From assembly GCA_963669175.1 (NCBI GenBank), contig OY769902.1:3456001-3520000 (forward strand): DNA of 64,000 nucleotides. Direction: 5' to 3'. Under the pieces are notes generated by a model that was not told the origin of the DNA, made no database searches, and saw only the letters and a program-made list of their open reading frames with translations. Position 1 is the stretch's first letter; each line of letters starts with the position of its first letter. A program made the position numbers and the translations under genes. Below are positions 18,686 through 28,266 of this stretch, piece by piece. This stretch comes from a bacterium. GTDB taxonomy: Bacteria > Electryoneota > Electryoneia > Electryoneales > Electryoneaceae.

Positions 18686-19939
18686 TTACATCTCGCCTGC
18701 ATCATCCACAACATCCGGATTAATATGGATTTGAGGAGCACGGCCCATGAACGCTTCAAATCCCATCATCGCCATCAATTGTAACTGTTTCAATTTCTCC
18801 GCATCCGGTTCCGGATGGGATTCCTCGTCTGCGATCTGCTGTTTGATACGATTCAAGAACACTGCCTGTGCGCCACCAGACGCATTTTGTGTGATCGCTT
18901 CATCAAGATTAAAAGCTGCGCGAAGCCTGTTGGTACGAATCTCCCAGCCTTCGAGCAATTCTGACAGATCATACTCCGGCCGCCATTGCGCACCGGTCTT
19001 ATAAGCGCCTTCAAGGTAAATACGAACTATATCTTTTCTGCTGTATTCGGACTGCTTCAACGCATTTCGGACACGTTCTTCGGTCACCTCATCCTTGTCC
19101 GATCCGGTCAGATTTACAGAAATATCACCATACTTGCGCTCATCCAACCGGACAAATTCAAAACTGTCCGACACAACTCCCTCTTCTTCTACCTCAAGGA
19201 TAAGTACGCCCTTCGCCCCTTTTTCCTTGAACGAACGACTAAAGGGAGATCCGGCATAAGCGCCACGAATCATGTCATTGTTGTCTTTGATGACGGAATG
19301 GCTATGATAATGCCCCAGCGCGGTATAGGTGAAGTCCTGCGCCAGCAGTTCTTCATCCGTGAATGGCGCTGTCACAAGTTGCTTCCCGCCATAACCACCA
19401 TCACGATATTCTCTGGACCCATGGAATAGCAGCAGGTTGATCGATGCAGCGCTTCTCGGCAATTCCTGTTGCAGCAGGCGATTTGTTTCGGCAACATTCA
19501 CGCCGGTTGCCATCGCCGTAAACGAAACATCTGACCTGTCTGGCATATAAAACTGTTCAAAGGAATGATTCCGAACGATGATCACATTGTCCGGCCAGGC
19601 CAGCGCGCCACGGGAAACGACATCCGGCTGATAAGGACTGCCACTACTCAGAAAATCATGATTCCCCGGAACAATGATGACAGGCACTGGCGCCAAACTG
19701 CCCAGCGTCTCCATGATTGTCCGCACAACCTTTAAATCAATCGCTTCCTGGTCCCATAAATCACCCGGTAGCAGAACCAACTCTATCGATTTTTCACGAA
19801 CCAGGTCAACAATCTTCTTCAATACCTGGCGTTCTTCCTGCTCACGCAACCGTACCAGGTCTTCACCGAAAACACTTCCGGAAGGTAAAACCGGCGCTCC
19901 AAGATGCCAGTCCGAACTCTGAAGGATTCGCAGGCTCAT
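18686..19939 (-). CDS. SbcD/Mre11-like (YhaO-type) metallophosphoesterase nuclease
   Basis: SDWHLG, PGDLWD, PGNHD, LFHGS, YTALGHYH, YAGSP...F.E.G.KG. Confidence 0.9.
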   Translation of the reverse strand: MSLRILQSSDWHLGAPVLPSGSVFGEDLVRLREQEERQVLKKIVDLVREKSIELVLLPGDLWDQEAIDLKVVRTIMETLGSLAPVPVIIVPGNHDFLSSGSPYQPDVVSRGALAWPDNVIIVRNHSFEQFYMPDRSDVSFTAMATGVNVAETNRLLQQELPRSAASINLLLFHGSREYRDGGYGGKQLVTAPFTDEELLAQDFTYTALGHYHSHSVIKDNNDMIRGAYAGSPFSRSFKEKGAKGVLILEVEEEGVVSDSFEFVRLDERKYGDISVNLTGSDKDEVTEERVRNALKQSEYSRKDIVRIYLEGAYKTGAQWRPEYDLSELLEGWEIRTNRLRAAFNLDEAITQNASGGAQAVFLNRIKQQIADEESHPEPDAEKLKQLQLMAMMGFEAFMGRAPQIHINPDVVDDAGEM

Positions 19940-22797
19940 GACAGCGCTCCTTCCAGCTCAACCAGGTTCACATTTGAACGCAATTCCTCATCCAGCTCGT
20001 TCAGCCACTGATCGTGACGACTGGAATGACAAGTCATAACAATCACCTGGTTCCCTGCATGTACACGGTCTATCAGTAGCTTCATTCCGTTGATAAACCT
20101 CGCATCATCCAGATGTGCAAAAGGTTCATCCAATACATAAGGCGCATCCACTGATCCTCCTGCCAAGAAGTCACTTAACGCCATTCTTGCGCCAAGAAAC
20201 AGCGCATCCCTGGCGCCGGTTGAAAGCAACCTTTCAACATCTCCGGAATCCAGTTGTTTGCCTGACTCAGGATCACTGACCTGTAGATGCAACTTATTGT
20301 CAAAAACACTGTTCTTCCATTTTGGGATAACGTCAGCCAGGATCGGCTCAAGGCGTTGATTCAATAATCTGGCAGCGTCTTTAAACACGTCTCTTTCTAC
20401 AGTTGCCAGTTCTTTAATTGTATCGTTCAGGACGTTTGTCTGCAATTCCAGGCTTGCCTTACAACGTCTGAGATAGTGGATTTCTTCCTCGATTTTCCTC
20501 TTTTGCTGCGGTCCTTTATCCGTGAGATTGATCAGGCGCACCCTGTCTTCGCTGATGTCCTGGTACAATTCACGAGACTGTTGTTCCAGGTTCTCAAGCT
20601 TTTCTTTCAGGTCGTCTGCTTCACCTTCAATCGCTTCAACCCCATTCATTCCAAGCAGTAAGCGATTCAGTTCATCGCGCCTGCGTTGAAGCTGAACAAG
20701 CGTTTTCTCGTCTTCAGAATCCCGTTCGAGGTTGCGTATTTCTTTGTCAAGTTCTCGCAATCTCTGAGCTTTTTCCGCCTGACGATGAAACAGTTCCGCC
20801 GAGAGTTCCGCGTCTTCCCCGATATCAATATTCACCTCTGCAAGTATCGATTTCAGGCGATTCCAGTACTCCATTACCCTTTCTTTATCGCGGTTCGCTT
20901 CTTCCCGGTGCGCTTCCACCTTCTGCTCTACACCACGGATTTCTTCCATTTTTCTGCCATAGAGCTGAAGCCTGGACATGAAACCATCGATCACGCCCCT
21001 TGTCGGCTCTTCGCCGATCACATAATAATCCGAGTGCTCAAGATATGGCTTCAAAGCGTCGCTTATTTGCCTGACCTGATCCTGTAAATTCTGATATACT
21101 GCCTGTTTCTCGAAGTATTTATCACCACGGCTACCGTACTTCTTTATATCGTGCAGCAAATCCAGCACAGTTTCAACGCTGTCTTCACCAAGCGCTTCAA
21201 CATATTCCTGCAGCGCGCGCTCCTTTCGTTCCACTTCAACTTGTGCCTGCTGATGGGCTTTGCGGAATTCGTTTGCTTTTTTTCGATGCGGAATATGTTC
21301 CGAAAGCGCCAGGATGATTACCGTAATCATGGCGGCTCCGGAAATAGCCAGCGCCCACAAAGCATTGGCCAGCAATTGCCACTCCAGGGCTGCCCCCAGC
21401 GATGCGAGGATGGAAATCAGGACAATGGTAATCACTTGCGGTGTAAAGCGGAACTTGCGCCCGGGGAGATCATATTCTGCGCGTTTATCTTCGGTTTCTT
21501 TCAGAATGCGTTCCGCGACATTCAAGTTTGTTTGAAGATCTTCAAGGTCCACTGCCGCCTTTTCAGGCCAGCGCTCACGTTTAACCCGAATCTTCTCCAG
21601 CCGTACCGGCGGAATTCCATCCGTTACAAGCTTTTCACGTTCCTTGTCATATTCGGCTTCCTGCTTTTCATATTGTACATGAAGCTTTCGCCATTCATTC
21701 AACAACCCGTTAATCTCTGGTATACTGTCATAGTCAATCGCACGAAGTTCCTCGAACTCGGAAAGCTGTAGACGAAGCCGTTCCAGATCCGCTTCTTCAC
21801 GCTGCAGGTTGTCGCCGACATGCTTGCCCTGTTCATATGCTTCCAGGTATCGCTCGTACTGACTGTCAAATTTCCTGATCAAATCAACCGGGAACCCCTG
21901 GTACACTTCAAGTTTCTTGTGTTCGTCTATCAACTCTTCAAGCTTGTGGCGTGCATGCGAAACATTGTGAATACGTTTTTCCAGAATGCTTACCTGGGCC
22001 AGGTGATACCCTTTATTGACCTTCCGGATATCCTCCCTTACCTGTTCCAGTGTTTGCTGCTTACGGTTGTATTCATCCAGAACATCATTGTGTTCTCTTT
22101 GTTGCCGTTCCATATGCAGAAGTTCATCTTCCAACTCTGCCAACCGATGGGAGATACGATCATGAACTGTCTTTGCTTTTACCGGGTTTGACGCCAGAGG
22201 CGGAAAGGCAACATGGTTAAGTGCATGTTCCAGATGTTCAATGGCATTGCGAACTGTGGAATCTCCCGGCGAAGCGGTCACAACTTCCTGTATCTTTTTC
22301 ACCAGGTCACCCGGTGCGGAAAGAAGCGCTGCCTGTTCCTGGTTGATGACAAAACTGCGTAAATAACCTGATACGCTCAACCCACCGGTTAACGCTTCAC
22401 CTAGTGTATCTCTGTTTTTGGATGTAAGAAATTCAGCGCTGACATCACTGATACCAGCTTCTACGACCTTCAGACTTCTCTCTTCAAGGTTTCTGACTAT
22501 CAGCAAATGCCTGCCGTTGTATTCCATCTCCAGTTCCAGGTCAAACCCGGAACCGAGCCAGGGCAGGTAATCATCCGCAAAAGGTTTGTTTCCGGGAAGC
22601 AAACGCTTGCGTTTATCGTACTGCATGCCGAACAAAGCAGAGGTCAACCCTGCCGTCAGGGTGCTTTTCCCGGCCTCATTGTGTCCGACAATGAGGTTCA
22701 GCTTTCCCGGGTCAAATTCCCACCTCCCTTTCAGACGTCCAAAACCGTGTGTCTGAAAAGAAAGCCATCGAATTTTTTTAGCAAGTGGTTCACTCAT
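19936..22797 (-). CDS. SbcC/Rad50-like (YhaN-type) coiled-coil ATPase
   Basis: GFGRL, Walker A GHNEAGKST, long coiled coil, signature LSTGARD, Walker B VLDEPFAHLD, H-loop MTCH; ATGA overlap with the nuclease gene. Confidence 0.88.
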   Translation of the reverse strand: MSEPLAKKIRWLSFQTHGFGRLKGRWEFDPGKLNLIVGHNEAGKSTLTAGLTSALFGMQYDKRKRLLPGNKPFADDYLPWLGSGFDLELEMEYNGRHLLIVRNLEERSLKVVEAGISDVSAEFLTSKNRDTLGEALTGGLSVSGYLRSFVINQEQAALLSAPGDLVKKIQEVVTASPGDSTVRNAIEHLEHALNHVAFPPLASNPVKAKTVHDRISHRLAELEDELLHMERQQREHNDVLDEYNRKQQTLEQVREDIRKVNKGYHLAQVSILEKRIHNVSHARHKLEELIDEHKKLEVYQGFPVDLIRKFDSQYERYLEAYEQGKHVGDNLQREEADLERLRLQLSEFEELRAIDYDSIPEINGLLNEWRKLHVQYEKQEAEYDKEREKLVTDGIPPVRLEKIRVKRERWPEKAAVDLEDLQTNLNVAERILKETEDKRAEYDLPGRKFRFTPQVITIVLISILASLGAALEWQLLANALWALAISGAAMITVIILALSEHIPHRKKANEFRKAHQQAQVEVERKERALQEYVEALGEDSVETVLDLLHDIKKYGSRGDKYFEKQAVYQNLQDQVRQISDALKPYLEHSDYYVIGEEPTRGVIDGFMSRLQLYGRKMEEIRGVEQKVEAHREEANRDKERVMEYWNRLKSILAEVNIDIGEDAELSAELFHRQAEKAQRLRELDKEIRNLERDSEDEKTLVQLQRRRDELNRLLLGMNGVEAIEGEADDLKEKLENLEQQSRELYQDISEDRVRLINLTDKGPQQKRKIEEEIHYLRRCKASLELQTNVLNDTIKELATVERDVFKDAARLLNQRLEPILADVIPKWKNSVFDNKLHLQVSDPESGKQLDSGDVERLLSTGARDALFLGARMALSDFLAGGSVDAPYVLDEPFAHLDDARFINGMKLLIDRVHAGNQVIVMTCHSSRHDQWLNELDEELRSNVNLVELEGALS

Positions 22798-22810
22798 TGC
22801 TGTTCAGCTT

Positions 22811-23659
22811 TCATCGCAAGAATTTGAACAGTTCGTTGTCAGGCGGTAAGACTAACGTCGTTTTGTCATCCAGGGTTTTCTTGTACATCTCCATGGTTCT
22901 CATGAATTCGAAGAAAGATGGATCCTGGTTAAACGCGTTGGCATAAATATCAATCGCCTTGGCCTCGGCTTCACCACGTGCAATCTGTGACTTCTTATAA
23001 GCCCCGGCAAGGATTTCTTTTACATCCTTATCCGCCTGTGCGCGAATAGTGCGCGCTTCTCTGTCCCCTGCGCTTCGGTACAGGTTCGCGCTTCGTTGTC
23101 GTTCCGCACGCATCCGTCTGAAGATCGCCTCTTCATTTTCTTCCGGCAGGTCAGTACGTTTGATCCGCACATCCAGAATTTCAATCCCATATTCCGACGC
23201 CTTTTCGCTCGCGCCCAGGGTCACATTCACCATAATTGTGTCACGGTTCGTATTGACAATCTCTTCCAGCGTATGCTGTCCCAGTTCCTTCAACAAGTCA
23301 GAATAGATGATGTCATCCAAACGTGACTGGGCGCCAGCCTCGGTGCGAACAGTCTGTCGGAACATGAGCGGATCAACAATGCGCCAACGCGCATATGAAT
23401 CCACCACCATGTTCTTCTTATCCTGGGTAACCACAATGTTGGGCGGCGTATCATAAACCAGGAGCCGTTTTTCAAAGTACTCGACTGAGTGAAATGGCGG
23501 TGGAAGTTTGAAATGCAATCCCGCTTCATCCGCTCTTCCTACAGGCTTCCCGAATTGCAGGATAATCGCCTGTTGTGTCTCATCCAGTTTGTAGGTTACC
23601 AGGTTGAAAGCGATTAACAGGACAACCAGTCCGATCAGGATCTTGAATGCGTTGCTCAT
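22811..23659 (-). CDS. hflC: FtsH protease modulator HflC
   Basis: N-terminal TM helix, QAIILQFGKP...GLHFKLP, TQDKKNMVVDSYARWRIVDP, IFRRMRAER. Confidence 0.93.
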   Translation of the reverse strand: MSNAFKILIGLVVLLIAFNLVTYKLDETQQAIILQFGKPVGRADEAGLHFKLPPPFHSVEYFEKRLLVYDTPPNIVVTQDKKNMVVDSYARWRIVDPLMFRQTVRTEAGAQSRLDDIIYSDLLKELGQHTLEEIVNTNRDTIMVNVTLGASEKASEYGIEILDVRIKRTDLPEENEEAIFRRMRAERQRSANLYRSAGDREARTIRAQADKDVKEILAGAYKKSQIARGEAEAKAIDIYANAFNQDPSFFEFMRTMEMYKKTLDDKTTLVLPPDNELFKFLR

Positions 23660-24651
23660 TTTGACCCTCCACGGTTTGAAGGATCCGGAATGCCGGGTGC
23701 AACCACATTGATCAGGTCGCTTCCCGGATTGGTCTGGAGGATGTACTTGGTCAGGCCGGGCAACACCTCCTCCATCGTTTCAATCAACATCCGTTTTCGA
23801 GTGACTGTAGGCGCTTTTCGATACGCTCGCAACATGGCAACAAACCTGTCCGCATCACCTTCTGCACGTGTCACACGTTCAATCGCAAACGCCTCAGCCT
23901 GCAGGATCATCTCGGCCGCTTCACCTTCCGCCTTGGGAACGATATCGTTGCGATAACTGTGCGCTTCATTGATCAGACGTGCGCTGTCTTCCTTGGCAGA
24001 GGCGACTTCGCGAAACGCATCGGCGACTTCCTGCGGAGGCAACACATCCTGCAACTGCACTTGCGTGACCTGAACACCACAATGATAGTTGTCCAGGATG
24101 TCTTGTAGCTGAGTCAGCGTTTCAACCTGTATAACTTCTTTGCCGGTTGTCAGCACCTCATCGATCTCATGCTGACCGACAACCTGCCGGATAACCGCTT
24201 CTGTCGCCAATCGAATCGTTGTAGGCACATCTCGCACATAGAAGAGGTATTTAACCGGATCGGCAATCTTGTACTGAACGATCAGGTCAATATCTATAAT
24301 GTTCAGCGAACCCGTAAGCATCAGGGATTCTTCGGGAACATCACGTACTCCACGCCGATCCTTCCGATACCCCATCGAGATTCTTTTTACTTCTGTCACT
24401 TTTGGCAGGTAAACAGCTTCCACCGGCCATGGGATACGGTAGTGCAACCCGGAAGAAGTCACCCTGGAAAGTTTCCCGAAGCGAAGAATGACGCCCGCTT
24501 CATCTGGTCCGACGATGTAGAATCCTGTTGCCAGCCATAGAACCAGTGGAATAATCAACAGGTAGAGCGGATTCTGCTTAAACATGCCATTGAAATCAGG
24601 CACTTTGTACGTCTTATCACCAACCGTGTAGTACTTGTACGAAATGGGCAT
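23656..24651 (-). CDS. hflK: FtsH protease modulator HflK
   Basis: GVILRFGK...GLHYRIPWPVE, ESLMLTG, VQYKIADP, PPQEVADAF, APTVTRKRM; GGAGG RBS before ATG 24651. Confidence 0.93.
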   Translation of the reverse strand: MPISYKYYTVGDKTYKVPDFNGMFKQNPLYLLIIPLVLWLATGFYIVGPDEAGVILRFGKLSRVTSSGLHYRIPWPVEAVYLPKVTEVKRISMGYRKDRRGVRDVPEESLMLTGSLNIIDIDLIVQYKIADPVKYLFYVRDVPTTIRLATEAVIRQVVGQHEIDEVLTTGKEVIQVETLTQLQDILDNYHCGVQVTQVQLQDVLPPQEVADAFREVASAKEDSARLINEAHSYRNDIVPKAEGEAAEMILQAEAFAIERVTRAEGDADRFVAMLRAYRKAPTVTRKRMLIETMEEVLPGLTKYILQTNPGSDLINVVAPGIPDPSNRGGSK

Positions 24652-24683
24652 ATGCCCTCCGTCAGTGTGCAAGTGAAGCCCGG

Positions 24684-25541
24684 TTAACGAATGATATAGC
24701 TGTATTGCAGGTAATGTTCAAATGTCTTTTTATCCGTATGATAGACAATGGCATAATCGACAAATATTCCAGCTTTGGGGGAAGCTACGCCAATACCGGC
24801 AGTATACCATTTATCCTCGTCCCATACAGTGTAGCCGGCCCTGATTGCCATGTCCTTCTGATTTGATATTTCTATTCCCATACGGAACCTATCCCTGAAC
24901 CACACCTTTTCCGGCCAGAAATCGGAAGCTGTCCCTACACTCCAGGTGAACGCACCAAGTTCATACGCTGCGCCATAATCGATATGCCGTTCCATGGTTT
25001 CAAGACGATTCGCGAAAGGCGAAACATTCCTGAGGACAATGCCAATATTGGCGCCGCTGGGGCCAGCGCCCATAAATCCGACATCTATCGGAAGCCCACC
25101 AATCCATTTTCCACTTTCCGTTCTCTCCATTGTCGGCTTGATATCCACTGCCGCCGGCGAATAAGGCGAAAAACTGTATGCGAACGGAAAAGCGAGCATG
25201 GCGTTGCGGCGCATTCCGGATTTGGTCGGCATCAGCCAGCCTTGTGCGAATAATGCAAGCGGAAATCCGAACTCTGTTTTCCTGTTATAGGCTTGCACCC
25301 ACCAGCTCCTGGGGTACCTGTCAAATGCGACAGGCTGCATTCCGGCACAACCACTCAGAACCTGGTAAACCATGCTGGCTGGATTATGATAAATGGATGT
25401 CGGCCCGAAAGTGAGAGCATTGGTAGCCCCACCCATGCCCGCTTCACGCGCTCCGATTGGCTCAAAATAGGGTAAAGGATCTGCTGTGGCAGAAACGGTA
25501 ACCAGCAGAAGTATCATGTAAATCAATGAAAAACGTGCCAC
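24684..25541 (-). CDS. PorV/FadL-like outer membrane beta-barrel
   Basis: Signal peptide then IGAREAGMGGA...SIYHNPA, typical of PorV/UPF0164/FadL-family N-termini; C-terminal AIRAGY...TAGIG...VDYA. Confidence 0.68.
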   Translation of the reverse strand: MARFSLIYMILLLVTVSATADPLPYFEPIGAREAGMGGATNALTFGPTSIYHNPASMVYQVLSGCAGMQPVAFDRYPRSWWVQAYNRKTEFGFPLALFAQGWLMPTKSGMRRNAMLAFPFAYSFSPYSPAAVDIKPTMERTESGKWIGGLPIDVGFMGAGPSGANIGIVLRNVSPFANRLETMERHIDYGAAYELGAFTWSVGTASDFWPEKVWFRDRFRMGIEISNQKDMAIRAGYTVWDEDKWYTAGIGVASPKAGIFVDYAIVYHTDKKTFEHYLQYSYIIR

Positions 25542-25716
25542 CTTTTCCTCAAGCGTTAGTTGAACTGATAAGCTAGCTCCGATAATGGAACCGGGCAAGT
25601 GGTGCAACAAGATATCATTTTTCGGACACTATTTCGAGTCACCGGGTGAACTTGCCCTTGCAAGGGTTGTTCCTCTATCTTATTACAGGTGAAACGGTTC
25701 AACAGGAGAGGCTGAC

Positions 25717-28068
25717 ATGAAAAAGGGTATCGCACTGCTTGCCCTGATTATGCTACTGACAAGCATTAGCTACGCAACTTTTCCGGAAGGTTATCACAAC
25801 CCGGATCAGGTCGAAGAATTCATCTTTGCGTTGCAGGATTCCGCGAACGTGCTAGGTGTTGGAAACCGTATGGCAATCGATACCATTGGTTATTCCCAAC
25901 AGAACCAGTGGCCGATTTACGCGATTAAAGTATCCGACGACGCTACGATTGAACGGGATTGTACAGTCGTTGTTATGTTTGGCCCTTTACATGCAGAAGA
26001 AGTCAGCGGGGTTGAGCTGGTTCTCAGCATGCTGGAAGAAACTGTCCTGGGACAACGCTCCGCGGTTCGCTATCGCAGGGAAAGCCTGGATATGTATTTC
26101 ATTCCGTCCATGAACCCGGAAGGAATGGGAATCGTATATGGCACTCACCCCTACTGTAATGATGGTATCGGAACCGATGGGCCGGATGTCAGCTTCCGTA
26201 AAAACTGCCGTCTGAACCCGGACGATGGCTATTTCCGTTATGATAACGATCATTACTGGGGATACGATTCCTCGGGCATAGACCTGAACCGGAATTTCGA
26301 CATCAACTGGTTCCACGGTGACACGTTATATCACTTCCTGGCAACCCAACGTGAGCGTTTTGACTACCTGGCAGGATCAACGCCTTTCAGTGAAGCCGAA
26401 ATGCAATATGTCAGGGATTTTATCCAGGAAAAGAAACCGTACATGAGCGCTACATTTCACACTTCTCGTACAGGTAACTTTTCTCTGAAGGTTATGTACC
26501 CCTGGGACTGGGGCCTTGATCACGACAAGCAGGCGCCGGATTCTCTCCTCTTCAAAGATGTAGCGCTTCGTTTTGCTGAATTATGCAGTGGCAACTCTAT
26601 TCCACCCTTTGCGCCCGCTCCTTCCGGTGGACGTAATGGAAAGATGCACGACTGGATGTACGCGGAAGGTGGCTGGCTCAACATGCAGACTGAATTGCGA
26701 TCCATTCAACCACCACGCGACTCACTGGATAATTGGATTGAAGAATACAAACAAGGCACCTATTACCTGATGGATCGTGCCTATGGTAGCTATGATATCC
26801 AGGGTTCTACCGGTCAACTGAAGCTGCTTGTCGTCGATGAGCAAGGAAATCCACTGGAAGCTGAGGTCATCGTTCCCACTCGTCAATGCGGCTATTTCAA
26901 ACCACGCATGACTCGGCCGGAAACAGGCACCTATCGTCGTCCCTTCCTGCAGGGCAATTATGAAGTCGTGGTCAGTGCCTTCGGGTATGTGTCCGACACA
27001 ACCACCTACGCCGTCCCGGAACAGGGAATCGCCGGGTACACGGTCACACTTGAACGTATGCCTCATCACCTGGTGCACCTCGGCCTGTTTGACGGCAACG
27101 ACCCCGACAACATGTCACACCTGTCCGGAACGATGGTCGTCCACCATGACTGGGGCATTGACACGCTAGAAGTCAACGACGGCTACATGCTGCGTCGCTG
27201 GCCAGCTGGTGATTATACGATTGAAGCCTGGGCGGATGGTTACATCCCCTATCGTGAAACTGTTACCGTATCCGATACAACCGTATTCCGCGCCAACCTG
27301 GTTTCAGCCAACGATATCTGGCGGGATGGTTTCGAAGATCACACCCTTCCCGACCGCTGGACCTACGATGGTGATTTCGTCTGGGCGCATGCCGGGTACG
27401 ATAAAAAGGAAGGTGTCGCATCGCTCAAGAGTGGTGGCCCCAGCCTGATGCTTTCAAACGATGTTGCCGGGACACTGTATCTCGACATCGACATGCCGGA
27501 GACGGATGAATCTGTCGCCTTGACCGGCTGGCGTTGTTTTGAACTTGAACCGGATTACGATTTCTGCACGGTGGAAATCAGTGTCGATGGCGATGACTGG
27601 GAAGAACTGGAAGTCCTGAATGGATTCTCACGCTGGCAACCGTTCTTCTACGACCTGCGGCCCTACCTGGATGCGAACAGTGTCGAGATCCGCTGGACCT
27701 TGGCGATGGATCATTCCAACGATGACCGTGGCCTCTTCCTCGATGAAGTCGCCCTGGTGTCAAACGCGGTATTCGAAGCGCCGGAGATTGACGCAAAGCT
27801 TCCCGGAACCTTTGCACTGGAAAACGCCTATCCGAACCCGTTCAATCCAACCACCATGCTGACCTATTCTGTCGCGGCGAATGCGCCAGTCACACTGAAG
27901 GTCTATGATGTGCTGGGGCGTGAAGTGATGACTGCGTTTGACGGCATCCGTAACGCCGGACAGTACCGTCTGGAACTGGACATGAGCAGCTTCGCCACCG
28001 GTATCTACTTCGTCCGCATGGATGCGCCGAGTTTCCAGCAGGCACAAAAACTGGTACTGGTCAAGTAA
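25717..28068 (+). CDS. M14 zinc carboxypeptidase with T9SS-type C-terminal sorting domain (paralogue 1)
   Basis: HAEE zinc motif, MNPEG, RKN, GIDLNRNF, FSEAE, FHT, TEL; C-terminus AYPNPFNPTT...KLVLVK. Confidence 0.88.
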   Translation: MKKGIALLALIMLLTSISYATFPEGYHNPDQVEEFIFALQDSANVLGVGNRMAIDTIGYSQQNQWPIYAIKVSDDATIERDCTVVVMFGPLHAEEVSGVELVLSMLEETVLGQRSAVRYRRESLDMYFIPSMNPEGMGIVYGTHPYCNDGIGTDGPDVSFRKNCRLNPDDGYFRYDNDHYWGYDSSGIDLNRNFDINWFHGDTLYHFLATQRERFDYLAGSTPFSEAEMQYVRDFIQEKKPYMSATFHTSRTGNFSLKVMYPWDWGLDHDKQAPDSLLFKDVALRFAELCSGNSIPPFAPAPSGGRNGKMHDWMYAEGGWLNMQTELRSIQPPRDSLDNWIEEYKQGTYYLMDRAYGSYDIQGSTGQLKLLVVDEQGNPLEAEVIVPTRQCGYFKPRMTRPETGTYRRPFLQGNYEVVVSAFGYVSDTTTYAVPEQGIAGYTVTLERMPHHLVHLGLFDGNDPDNMSHLSGTMVVHHDWGIDTLEVNDGYMLRRWPAGDYTIEAWADGYIPYRETVTVSDTTVFRANLVSANDIWRDGFEDHTLPDRWTYDGDFVWAHAGYDKKEGVASLKSGGPSLMLSNDVAGTLYLDIDMPETDESVALTGWRCFELEPDYDFCTVEISVDGDDWEELEVLNGFSRWQPFFYDLRPYLDANSVEIRWTLAMDHSNDDRGLFLDEVALVSNAVFEAPEIDAKLPGTFALENAYPNPFNPTTMLTYSVAANAPVTLKVYDVLGREVMTAFDGIRNAGQYRLELDMSSFATGIYFVRMDAPSFQQAQKLVLVK
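26917..27323 (+). repeat. 407-bp tract apparently identical to 29464-29870
   Basis: Manual comparison; alternative-frame ORF translations over both tracts are also identical. Confidence 0.85.
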
Positions 28069-28090
28069 CTTTTTTACTGCAGATGATTTC

Positions 28091-28125
28091 AACCCCATCC
28101 GAATTATTTAGATGGGGTTTTCTTT
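28091..28125 (+). terminator. Intrinsic terminator
   Basis: AACCCCATC/GATGGGGTT stem plus T-rich tail. Confidence 0.65.
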
Positions 28126-28266
28126 GTTTGTAGCATGCCGAACAATGAACCATCATATTCATTGATGCTACTCTGAAAAATTAAAAAAAAGAAATCAACC
28201 AACTTGATCAATGGAAAAAACGATCATTACCTTAATTACAGCACTGCTTAACCTTTGGAGGCTGGC

